Of a stretch of 64,000 nucleotides of DNA, positions 37,755 through 49,336 are shown in pieces. Origin of the DNA: Hypanus sabinus (taxonomy: Eukaryota); the NCBI RefSeq assembly GCF_030144855.1, contig NW_026779211.1:62001-126000 (forward strand). The letters are read 5' to 3'. The notes beneath the pieces are model-generated. The model had not been told where the DNA came from. It saw nothing but the letters and a program-made list of their open reading frames with translations, and made no database searches. Position numbers and translations under genes: made by a program. The first letter of the stretch is position 1. The number at the start of each line of letters is the position of its first letter.

Positions 37755-39009
37755 ATGTTGCTGTTTCTCGTCCTGGCGCCGTTGCTTCAGGGTAAGAAAT
37801 AATCTCACACAATAATTAATCTTCAATCCGTAACCAGGTTTGGTCATTGTGTTAAACCGGAACGAGTGCAGGGATGTTTTGACAGAATTTTGCTGGAATT
37901 AACGTGTCCGAGATACAAGGAGAGGTTTGCGTCGACTCGCATTTTATTCGCGGGAAAGTCGACGATAATCGCTAGGGCTCAGAGTTAAAACAGGACGGGA
38001 ACGGGGGCTTATAACGAGACGGCACGGGTTTATGATGAGAGGTGAGAGATTGTAAGGGAACACCCGATATTAATGGTTACTTAGAACTGGCAATCAGAAA
38101 TAAAGGCGGATATAATAACAAAGATTAAACATCGTCTACTAGTACAGAAGGACGTCGACAGGAGAGTTTTACACGGCTATTGGCCGGACACGGGCAACCG
38201 GGACGGTCTGGGTTGTAAACATTGTCGGGATGGACGAGTTCGGCCGAAGTGATTGTTCCGATGACGATGTTAAATTTCAGTGTAAAATGTTTAGCGGTGT
38301 TGCTAAACTGTAGTGATCCAGGAGATGCCGTTTGTGTACCGAATGAGTCAAAGATCGTGGAAATCATTATCACATCAATATTTTATGCTGTTTAATATGC
38401 AGATATTGCTAATTACTGTATTTCCTCAAGCGTTGTGTTTCTTGTCATTGACCGGAATCCTCGATATTTTCTCAGACGGATCACGTCGTTCCATTTCCCC
38501 TAAACCTCGTCCTCCCGTTTAACAGTTGATCCTACATACTCGGGTCTCCCACTGATCTCTCTCCACTTCCCGTTCACTTATCTCTCTCCACTTCCCATTC
38601 ACTTGCCTCTCTCCACTTCCCGTTCCCTTACCTCTCTCCACTTCCCGTTCCCTTACCTCGCTCCACTTCCCATTCACTTACCTCTCTCCACTTCCCGTTC
38701 CGTTCCCCAGGATCGACGTCTCAGTCCGTTCGCCAGGAGACGCCGGCTCTCTCCATATCTCCCGATGAGAGCGTGGAGCTGAAATGCACCCTGGACGGTG
38801 GTAGCGCAAGCAATTATCTCTACTGGTACCGACAATATCCGGGAAAGGAGATTCAGAACCTATTTTATTCCGGCTTTACCAACGTCGTAAATCCGGAGGG
38901 GGCTGTTGACGGCTTCACCGCCGGGAGACCCGTTGCAGAGACGTTCATTCTTAGCTCGGCCAGCGTGCGCCCGGACCAGTCGGCCGTCTATTACTGCGCC
39001 TGCGGTCCA
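37755..39009 (+). CDS. TRBV: V12: intact TCR-beta V, family A (leader 37755-37791, V exon 38711-39009)
   Basis: Leader MLLFLVLAPLLQ G|gtaag; GSTSQSVRQETPALSISPDESVELKC...LYWYRQ...YYCACGP, open frame. Confidence 0.9.
38550..38700 (+). repeat. About 25-bp minisatellite (cctctctccacttcccgttccctta) x~6 in the V12 polypyrimidine tract
   Basis: Read directly; 2-3 units in V10, one unit in V5/V7/V14. Confidence 0.85.
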
Positions 39010-39048
39010 CACAGTGGCTCAGAGGCACGCCGGGGCCCGACAAAAACC
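39010..39048 (+). other. 23-RSS of V12 (perfect)
   Basis: CACAGTG-23 nt-ACAAAAACC. Confidence 0.95.
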
Positions 39049-39569
39049 TTCGCCGGCGGCAGGAAGCAGGTGATCTGTGAGAGTCATTGATCTGTGCTGC
39101 ACATAACACGCACATGATTGTTGAGAAACACGTGCAAGGCATCATTAGGAAACCGGCCGGTGTCACTGAGAAAGAGAGGGATCCTTCCAGATGAGCGCGA
39201 GGAGCGGGGATCAAAGACAGCAATCGAGCTGTTTGTCAGATGACGGGAGACTGAACTGGAGAAACGGATCCTCTCATGGGTATCGTGACGAGAACGGGGC
39301 GCTATGGTCGAGGAGCCAGCGGGTAACGTAACGATGTTATAGCGCTCGCACTGTGCGCTTCCCCCTCTTTGCCCACACATCCGCAAACCTTCGGACATTC
39401 CAAGGCCTTACTTAGATGGTTGGACCGGAGTGAACATCCATTCCGTGGCGCGGAAAAACAAGAGACTGAAGTGAATTTGGGATGTTCAAACGGGATGTGA
39501 CTTCCGTCGTGACCTTGTGGGCTTCCTTTAGTGTTCCCACACATTCATAATCATTCGTACATTACCAAT

Positions 39570-40260
39570 AATTATTGCGACAGTTGGAAGAGAGTGAACA
39601 CGAATTTCGGGCGTGGCTGAACCACAGAGGCTGGCGAAACGGGCAATCCTATTGGTAGCTTAAAACGGGATGTGATTCTCATTATGAACGCCAGACACCC
39701 TGGGAGGTGTTGCAGAACGGATGGTCCATGTGATACGGGTGAACGGTTCGAGGAAGGAGGATCCACAGGTAGACGGGGCGGTGAAGAAGGCGCTTGACAG
39801 GCAGGCCCTCGTCAGTCAGGACACCGAGTACGGGAGTCGGGAGGTCACGTGGCAGTTGTACAAGATGACGGCGAGGCCGCACTTGGACTACGGCGTCCAT
39901 GGTTGATCACCTTGCCGTTGGGAAAGATGCCACTGAGATGGCGAGAGTCCGGAGGGAGATTTACGAGAAAGTTATGGAGGAAGACCGGGCCGGGGTGAAC
40001 TTACAGAGGTATATAAAACTAGGTGGGTCACAGATAGGGTGAATGCGCACTCAGTCCGTTTACCAGGTGGGGGTGGGGCGGGGGGTAAATCAACAACGAG
40101 AGAGCACGGTTTTGAGATGGGGTAGGGCTTTAGTAGTGGAGCCGAGGCAGCTTTTCTCCGACAGAGTGGTCCGTGTGTGGAAGGACCTGCCGGAGGAGGG
40201 TATTGAGGCAGCAACAAGGATACAGTTCACGGAGACAGAGACCGGCTCTTTTGACACGCT
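39570..40260 (+). mobile_element. Old CR1 ORF2 3' relic; paralog at 50140-50730
   Basis: LVSQDTEYGSREVTWQLYKMTARPHLDYGV resembles the CR1 C-terminus. Confidence 0.65.
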
Positions 40261-43257
40261 GAGTTGCAGTGGTACCAGAATTTGGTGATCTTGCACCTTG
40301 AGTCTTCTGTGCACTTCCGGCTATCCTGTAACAGGAAATACGTCATTATTAGGCTGAGACAATTACAAGGCTGTTTGATCAGAAATAAGGCAGGACTCGA
40401 GGGACTGGGTTAATTGAGAGGTGGTGGTGGGATCGAACTCGAGACGCTGCTGCAACAGAAACTCGATAGGGACAAGTCGAAAGCCGCGTGGACAAGGAAC
40501 AATCGCCAGATGCACAGGGACCGTGAATGCGAAGGGAATAAAACCTTACAGCGCCTCGGTTCACTGTGAGATGGGAGAAATCCAAAATGGCCCCGGGGAG
40601 CAATGTGGACAGGGAGAGTTGGTGAGCTAGATGAGCTCGGAGTCCAGCCCCCACCCAATCGACGCAGGAAGTGGGCTGTGGCCAAGTGCCAACAATGTCA
40701 ACGAACGCGGGATCTGATTGGCTTGCCGTCGTCCAATTATCTGTTGAGAATGCGCATGGGCGTGAGGTTGTTTCGAAGGCGTGGGGCTCCTTATGCTTGC
40801 TCACCGCTCGGTACCGGTGACGGATTTGATAAATGAATTCCTCCTTGAGTTGTCGCCAATTCCCAAGTGACCCTGACGCTCTTCTTTCCAATTCCTGAGA
40901 TTGCTAGTTTTATCCCACTCGGTAGCTCAGATCGTTCTTACTTCGTGATCTGTCTCTCTCTTTCTCTTTTACCATCTTCACCATCCCTCGTGGACAAATC
41001 AAGTACAGTCTATTCTACCTCGCAGTGCAAACTTGCTAACACCGTTGTGTGTGGTGAACTCCGGCAGTAGGGCAGACATAAATGGTTGGCTGCATGAGCG
41101 TTGATGTTAACGCATCATATTCACGGGGTAAAAAAGATATTAAACAACAGTCAGATTAAAGTTGCGTCATCTCAGAGAAAACCAAGTGATCTCTAATTGC
41201 ATTCTACCGGGGATGACTGTGAATTGCGCTGAAGCGGGGACTGCACTGGCCGTCTCAAAGTGGAAACAGCACCGAAGAGGCGGATCCATGAACAGGATTT
41301 CAGCCTTGGGCGCCACGGTTAGGGGACAGTGCGACGTTCAATTCCGGCAGTGAGACTGTATGAGTTTCCTCCCGGTATCTTCCGTTTCCAAACTCAATCA
41401 AAAGACGTGCCGGGTCGGTTAATTGCTTATGTTCGCCTCGGATAATGGGGGAGGTGGTGGTTGTGGATTTCAGGGGCTGCGTGGCACTGAGGGGCTATTC
41501 TACATCGTGGCGCTAAACAAATAATAACAAAATCACAAAAAAAGAAAATAGATTCAGTGTAAAATGATTGTCGCTGCCTGAGGGCTCGGTCTGGCCACCG
41601 CAAAAGCTCATGATCTTTGAGGACTTGTATGCACAGGGGGCTCTGGAATTTACACGGAATGGTGTGAAACACAAAGAATATTCACTGAGCTGCCGTCTGT
41701 TCCCTTGTCAGATGAGAATATCCCAACTGGTTTCAAGCTGACACGAATGCGACCTGAACTCAGATAAAGGCGCGTCGAGACAGTGCTGTGCAGAAGATTA
41801 TCTCTGATAACTTCCAAACTGCGAGAGGACGAACATCGAGTTACGGGGTGACCCTGTTTTCCAACCCGATGCAAGTTACACCCCCCCCCACGGTTCCCTT
41901 GAAGGGGGCGGTCCTGTTCCCTTGGTGAGTGACAGCCGACACCCTACCTTGATCTTTCTGAAAATCAATAGGTCAACGCGGCTGCTGCAGGAAAATAGAC
42001 GCATAGACCATCAGCTATTCGGTCTTTCACGTCTGCCCCGCCATTCCATAAAGTCTGATCTATTATCCCTCTGAACCTCATGCCTGAGTCACCCTGATTA
42101 ATTAAGAACAGCTCAACTTCCCCCTTAAGTATACCCAATGACTTGTTCTGCCCCTCCCCCGTCCGTGGCGGGGTATCTACAGATTCATTATCGTTTGGCT
42201 AAGGAGATCTTTCCTCCTGCCTGTTCTGAATGGACGCCTCTTCATTCTGAAGTCGTGGCCTCTGGTCACTCTGGGAATCATTGACTCCTCATCCATCTTA
42301 TTCAGACTGTTCAATATCGGAATGGTTTTAATGAGATCCGCCAGCATTCGTCAAAGCTCCACCCAGCACAGATCCAGAGGCACCAAACTCTCCCCATATG
42401 TTAACCCTATGGTACCCGGGTTCATTCTCACGAAACCTATTCGGAGCCGCTCCAAAACTGGGACTTACTTTCTTGGATACAGGTCCCAGAACTGCTCGCT
42501 AAATGGGATCTGGAATTTTGAGTGCGACGCCAGGATCGGGGGCGCAGTGGCTGGAGAGGTGGGCTGTTAAAACTGGCATCACGACCTGGACCGGCTGGGG
42601 AAACGGACGGATCAATGGCAGGTGGAACGTAATGGAGGCTTTGCACTTTGGGAAGGCAAACCAGGGTAAGAGTCGAACTGTGAGCGGTCGGGCACTGAGG
42701 AGTCCAGTAGGACAGGGCGACCGGGAAGAGAGACAGGAAATTCATTGAAATTGGATTCACAGTTAGTTGGGATCTTGTTACGTACCCCATAACGGGTTAA
42801 AAAGAACCAACGGAAATGGACACACCTGGAGACTGAATCTTCTGTTATAAACTCTTCTGTTATAATTTTATTAGTTATTACGTGAATAAAGTAATAAAAA
42901 ACAAGATAAAGTAAACAGGTTAGCAGTGTATATGCACATATATAGGTGAGAGTATAGGGTTCTCAGCCTTCCGCAGCTCAGGTGATTGGGTGATACAGTC
43001 TTCCGGTGGGATGGTAAGTAATCAGTTCAGTTCTGGAATTTGATTTGAGCAGAGTTGGAGAGGGAGAGAGATAGGGTGTTGGTTTGCCTTCCAGTTTCGA
43101 TACCGATGCGGATACTCCACGTCGTCCTCCTGCTCCCGAAACTTATTTAAAGTCACCGACCTGTGACGTCAGAAACAGGATTGCGTGTTTTCCACGATGA
43201 CAGTCTATGCTTGCACCTGGCCAGCCCCCCCGCCAGCTGCTTCCTGTGACGTTAGAA

Positions 43258-43296
43258 GGTTTTTGTTCGGCGCCAGTGTGTCTCTGAGTCACTGTG
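43258..43296 (-). other. 23-RSS of V13 (perfect)
   Basis: CACAGTG-23 nt-ACAAAAACC. Confidence 0.95.
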
Positions 43297-44543
43297 AGAA
43301 CTCCATCCGCAGAAGTAGACGGCCGAATGGTTGGGCAGCGCGCCGGGAGAGCTCAGCAGGAACGTCTCGGCGTCCGGTCTCCGGGCGGTGAATCCGTCCA
43401 CCGACCCCTGAGGATAAACGGTGTTGACGCCCACGTAGTAAAAGAGGTTGTGAATCTCCTTCCCGGGGTATCGTCTGTACCAGTAGAAGTTGTTACTGCT
43501 GCTGCTGCCCTTTCTGAGGCACCTCAGAGCCACACTCTCCCCAGGAAGCTTGGTGAGGGCCGGAGGAGTCTGGACGATGTCCTGCGGGCTCTCTCCTGGA
43601 AGTGAGACGGGGAGAAGGGCAAGGTCAATAATCTGCAGGAGCGGAGGAGATTCGGGACGGCGAGCGGGTGGTGTGTGGGGTTAGACGGGCCGCGTAGAGA
43701 GGCAGAATAGGCGAGGAGCAGAAGTGACTGATCGGGAAAGGTCAGTAAATTGAAACACGGTTGGAGATTTGAGAAACAATAGCACTGGGTCCAGAAGGCA
43801 GCCAATACGATAGATAGACTGATAAGNNNNNNNNNNNNNNNNNNNNNNNNNNNNNNNNNNNNNNNNNNNNNNNNNNNNNNNNNNNNNNNNNNNNNNNNNN
43901 NNNNNNNNNNNNNNNNNNNNNNNNNNNNNNNNNNNNNNNNNNNNNNNNNNNNNNNNNNNNNNNNNNNNNNNNNNNNNNNNNNNNNNNNNNNNNNNNNNNN
44001 NNNNNNNNNNNNNNNNNNNNNNNNNNNNNNNNNNNNNNNNNNNNAGAGAGAGAAAGAGAACGAGAATGTGAGAGGTACAGATAAATTTGAAAGGTGATCT
44101 GCAGTGGGAAATGGACAAAAACAGAGTGCCAGTGCAAGAGAGAAAGAGAGTTGGAGAATAAGGGAGAACAGGTCAAACGGATGATAGAGAGATAGAAATA
44201 ATGGCAGAGAGAACGCGAAAATAAGAGAGAAAGAGAAGAGGAGTAAGGGAGAAAGGGAGGGGGGAACGGGGCAGAGGGTGACAGACAGAGAATGGAAAGG
44301 AATTAATACGTGGTGGATAACGACGGGGAGAAAAGAATAAAAAAATATTCGGTGATTGAAATGCCAGAAGGAAAAATGAAGCAATTGATAGAAAATCGAA
44401 ATGGCATAAAGAACGGGCGGTGAAAAGATGAGGGGGGAGATGGAATGAAAAGGTACGGAATAGGTTGAGAGGGTTGTTTAATTATTACATAATGTCGGCT
44501 TTTTACCATGAATCCAGATTATCAACTCAATCAACAGCAGCAT
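43297..44543 (-). CDS. TRBV: V13: intact TCR-beta V, family C (leader 44507-44543, V exon 43297-43595)
   Basis: Leader MLLLIELIIWIH G|gtaaaa; GESPQDIVQTPPALTKLPGESVALRC...FYWYRRYPG...YFCGWSS. Confidence 0.88.
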
Positions 44544-47500
44544 ACTTCACTCCAAGGTTTCTCTTCACGATTTGGAGACGCTTTCGAGAATGAAGTGTGT
44601 GAGGAAAGGTGGCACCGCCCTTTCCACCCTGATGGACGCATGTCTTCACGTTGCTATTGGCTGATTTTCTCCACCCATTCTGAAGGACAGTGTCGTGGGT
44701 GGGGGGGGGGTGCGGAGCGGAGTACATGGTGCGGCTGCGCTCTGCCTCACTGGCTGTGGACCCAGCAGAGTCTGAGTTCGGCCGAGGACTTCTGTGGGTA
44801 GGTTCAAGGCGGTTTTGAGTCGAGTAACATTGGTATTTTGGTTTATCTTCCGCAGATCAGCAAGAAAACTATCATAGTCCATACGGAAGGGACGACGAAT
44901 AATGGTCTGAAGGGTATTTCAGGGGAAAAGAGGGAGAGAAAGAGAGAGAAAGTGCGTGAGAGAGAGAGAGAGAGAGAAGGAGAGAGAGAGACAGGGAGAG
45001 AGGTGGTGAGAGAGGGATGTAGGAGAGAGGAGAGAGAGTGGTACAGAGAGAGCAAGGGACAGAGAGGGAGAGACGGTGAGAGAGAGGTGGCGAGGGAGGG
45101 GAGGGTGGAGAGACCGAGTGATTGAAAGAGACAGGTGCTGCTTTAATGCGAAAAGTATTTTAAGGGCAGAACAGAAAAGAAAAAAACGCTAGGCCAAACA
45201 GAGCTATTATCTATGTTTTTCTAAGTTTCTGTATAAGCTTTTCGATGTTTCTATATAAACGAACTGGCTGAAAATGTGGATGGGTGGTTTAGTAAGTTTG
45301 CAGATGATATGAAGGTCGGTGCTGATGTCATTAGTGTAGGACTGGCAAAGAAACACAATGGGATATCGATCAGCTACAGATATGGGCAGAGAAATGGCCG
45401 ATGGAGTTCAGCCTTAAAGTGTCAAATGTAAGGAGATTGTACTCTTTAGGGCAATACCATTACAGTGTTGATGAGCAGAAGGATTGTTGGGGCCAATCTC
45501 ACAGCTCCCTGAAAGTGGCTACATAGGCTGTTACGAAGGCGTATGGCTGAGACCAAAGGTCAGGAAGTTATGTTGCAGCTTTATAAAACACCAGTTAGAT
45601 CGCATCTGTAGTATTGCATATAGTTTGTTGAGGCCTTTGGGGGTCGCACTTCACCAGGATGCTGCATGGATTAGAGGGCATGAGATTGGACAAACACAGG
45701 TAATTTTCTCCAGGGTTACCAAGGGGAATTCAGATAGAGGTTTATATGATTACGAGAGGCATTGAGCAGACAGACAGTACCTTTGTACCAGAGTTGAAAT
45801 GCCTAATACCTGACAGAATGCATTTGTGGTGAGAGGGGGTAATATCAAAGGAGATGAAAGAGAAAGTGTTTTTTTACAGAGAGTGGTGGGTGCCTGGAAT
45901 TTGCTGCCGGGTGGTGGCAGAGGATGACACATTAGGAACTTTACACAGTTGTTTAGATAAGGCACATGATTGGTGAAAAGTCAGAGATATGGGCATTGTG
46001 CAGGCACAAAGGATTTGTTTAGTTGCTCACTGGAATATTAGTTTGTTTGGTTAAGCACAACAATGTGGGCCAGAAGTCCTGTTTCTGTGCTGTACTGTTC
46101 TATGTTCTATAACTAAAACTCTCAGACTTGAACCGAGATACAAACACCGCGTCTGAACGGAATATCTAAACGTAAACCGAGTACCGCTCGTTCTCCCAGT
46201 CAGTCCACTGTTCTCGGGGAAGGCCGAATGCAAGCCGGCAGTGTAGCGTTCCTGTGCTTTGCTCGAGTATCGGCAAACGCTGCAGCGGTAAGCAGGGAGT
46301 TAAATACCGCCGTCCATGAAATCGTTATCTGACACATACATAACCACGAACACAATTATCGAATCTGTTGCGCAGCCGAGTCCTGGTTGTGACAGGGCTT
46401 CCGCACCCTTCCTCTGTCTTGGTTGGTTGAACTCCATCGGACTCTCCTCTGTCCGGTTCTGCATCCTACCAAAGACCCGTTGTAAGCAACGACAACCTCA
46501 TGCACTTCCCACAGCACAACCGAACCTCGCGTTTCCTGTAACCGTATTTACCCACTGTTCCACTTCCCCCTCGATGTCAGTTACGATAGAAACTGTACAA
46601 GTGGTGTATAAAGCGAGCGGAATAGCAAAGTGGCGTTTATGGGATTACAGACCTTTCAGACATCTGATGACGCTGGGGAAGAACTTGGTCAAGGATCTTT
46701 CCCTCTTCCGGATCCTGTGCCTCCGCTGCGCTGGTCGGAAGGAGAAGCGGAAATATTCCGGGTGGTGAGGGTCCTGAGAGATCTATACCAATCACCTGGG
46801 GCACTGCTTTATATCTGTGTGAATCTATGATTTCAACGAGATTTGTCGACTTTCCTGGACTGTTGTCTTGGTTTTGATAGAAGGGCAGAATATGCAGAGA
46901 GACAGTTACCCACTGGAGAGGGACCAAGATGAAATCCTCTTTGAGAAGCCGTGCGTGTCCTTCATTTTTCCTTTCAGTTTGTCCTGACGAAGGGTCTCGG
47001 CCCGAAACGTCGACAGTGCTTCTGCTTATAGATGCTGCCTGGCTTGTTGTGTTCCACCAGCATTTTGTGTGTTGCTTGGATGTCCTTCATTGCCCGATGC
47101 CTGGTGTGATATCGCCCTCTGCTGGACAGATGGATAAAACAAATTAATTCTATCCCACGTATTCCCCTACCAATGTCAAGTAGCAGGACGGGACAGACAC
47201 ATGGCCGACTCACCAACACAAATTTCATGTTTTCAATGCCCTCCCGTCCACGTTTCAACTCCTGATCTCAAACTCCGGAATTCCGGAATGACCGACCAGT
47301 TTTGCCGCTGGACCAGAGCCCACAAATTCAGCCTACACGTCCTTAATCAGCAATATTAACCGTAGACCGAGACCACCGATCCCCCGCTTCATGAAATCTG
47401 TCCATGACATAAGTGAAAAGGTTGGAAATCCAGCCGGAGTCGAACTATATTGACCTGCATTTACAGATCTTCTCCGCTCATTCCACGCTCCAGATGGCTC

Positions 47501-47825
47501 CCCTTTCTGAGTTCGTCACGATCAGCTACTCCTGCAGCGCCCCCTCCTGGTCTCCAGGCCACCAGGCCGCCAATCACAAGGCGAGGAATGGCGGAAATAC
47601 GGTTTATCATGAATGATATATGTGGTAAAATTTATTGTAACTTCGACAGCAGTCCGGTTCAATAGATCAAATATATTATCAATTACAGTAAATGTAAATA
47701 AATACACTAATAAATTAATAAATAAACGACTGCTTAGACGATAAATAGCAGATAAATAAATAGACTAATACGGGAATTAATATATAGTTAAACAATCAGA
47801 TGTACAATTAAGCAGACAGATTGTA

Positions 47826-47894
<69 letters not shown>

Positions 47895-48430
47895 AACATT
47901 TTGGGACAAACAGAGAGGAAATAAAACACCGTGGTGGTGTTCATGGGTTCGTGTTCCGATCAGAAATCTGATGGCGGAGGGGAAGAAGCTGTTTCTGAAT
48001 CGTTGAGTGTGGGTCCCCGGTCTCCCGCACTTCCCCCTTGATGGTAGTAATGAGAAGAGGGCATGTACTGGGTGGTGGAGCTCGACAATGATTGATGCTG
48101 CCTTACTGAGGGATCGCCTGGTGAAGATGTGCTCTGTGCTGGGCGGGCTACTGTCAATGATGGCGGAGTTTACTACCCGCTAAAGACGCGGAAGTCTCCA
48201 GATGCCGTCCATCCGAATCAACACACACACAAACTGTTGTCAGAACTCACCAGGTCTGGGCGCTGATATTGAAATGACGTCTCGGGCTTTGTCCCACCTC
48301 TTCAGCATTTTCCGTATTCCGGAATGGTGACCGCGGTCAGCAATATGCCCGGAAGGGGCGGGGTCCTGATGCCGCACTTTCTTCCGCCCAGGCTCTCTCG
48401 CACAACAGAGAGAAGGATCCCGGAGAGAGG

Positions 48431-49297
48431 ATGTTGCTGATACTCGTCCTGGCGCCGTTGCTTCAGCGTAAGAAATAATCTCACACAATAATTAATATTC
48501 AATCCTTAACCAGATCTGGTCACTCTGGCAGACTGGAACGAGTGCAGAAATGTTTTGACAGAATTTTGCTGGAATCAACGTGTCCGAGATACAAAGAGAG
48601 GTTTGCGTCGACTCGCATTTCATTCCGGGGAAAGTCGACAATAATCGCGAGGGCTCAGAGTTAAAATTATTCACGAATTTGTACAAGAGAGAAGACAACG
48701 CGGTCGGAGTGTTGCTAAACTGTAGAGAATCGGGACATGCCGTATAGAATCGAATGTTTCAAGAGGACATGAAAATAACGATCAGAGTAATATATTTTGT
48801 GCTCTTTAGTACTTGTTTAATCCCAATGTTCATATTTCCATCAGCGTTTCTTACCATTGATCGGAATCCTCGAAATCTGCTCAGACAGATCACCTCGTTC
48901 CATTTCCCCCACCCCCCGTCCTCCCCTTTAGCAATAGATCCCCCGTACTCGGGTTTCCTGTTAACTTAACTCTCTCCACTTCCCGTTCCCTTCCCCAGGA
49001 GCGACGTCTCAGTCCGTTCGCCAGGACTCGCCGGCTATCTCCTAATCTCCCGGCGAGAGCGTGGAGCTGAAATGCATCCTGGACGGCGGTAGCGCTGGCA
49101 ATAATCTCTACCAATACCGACAATATCCGGGGAAGGAGATTCAGTACCTGTTACGTTCTACGTACATTGACTCAGCAATTCCGGAGGGGGCTGTGGACGG
49201 CTTCACCTCCCGGAGACCCGATGCAGAGACGTTCATTCTCGGCTCGGCCAGTGTGCGCCCAGACCATTCGTCCGTCTGCTACTGCGCCTGGAGTCAT
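48431..49297 (+). pseudogene. TRBV: V14: family A V pseudogene (leader 48431-48467, V exon 48999-49297)
   Basis: In-frame TAA at 49043-49045 (AAA in V5/V7/V10); conserved Trp replaced (LYQYRQ); ends VCYCAWSH. Confidence 0.88.
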
Positions 49298-49336
49298 CAC
49301 AGTGGCTCAGAGACACGCCGGGTCCCGACAAAAACC
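49298..49336 (+). other. 23-RSS of V14 (perfect)
   Basis: CACAGTG-23 nt-ACAAAAACC. Confidence 0.95.

Noticed and set aside
7953-43605. ORFs antisense to V exons (e.g. 7953-8291, 31930-32268, 3971-4282, 43294-43605)
   Set aside because: Shadow frames of GC-rich V exons with no independent homology.
3584-44044. Ten N-runs (e.g. 3584-3746, 25935-26079, 27704-27902, 32792-33253, 36939-37232)
   Set aside because: Not biological features. Several sit where paralogs have (GA)n or (CA)n tracts, so they are probably masked or unresolved repeats. They still limit junction calls.
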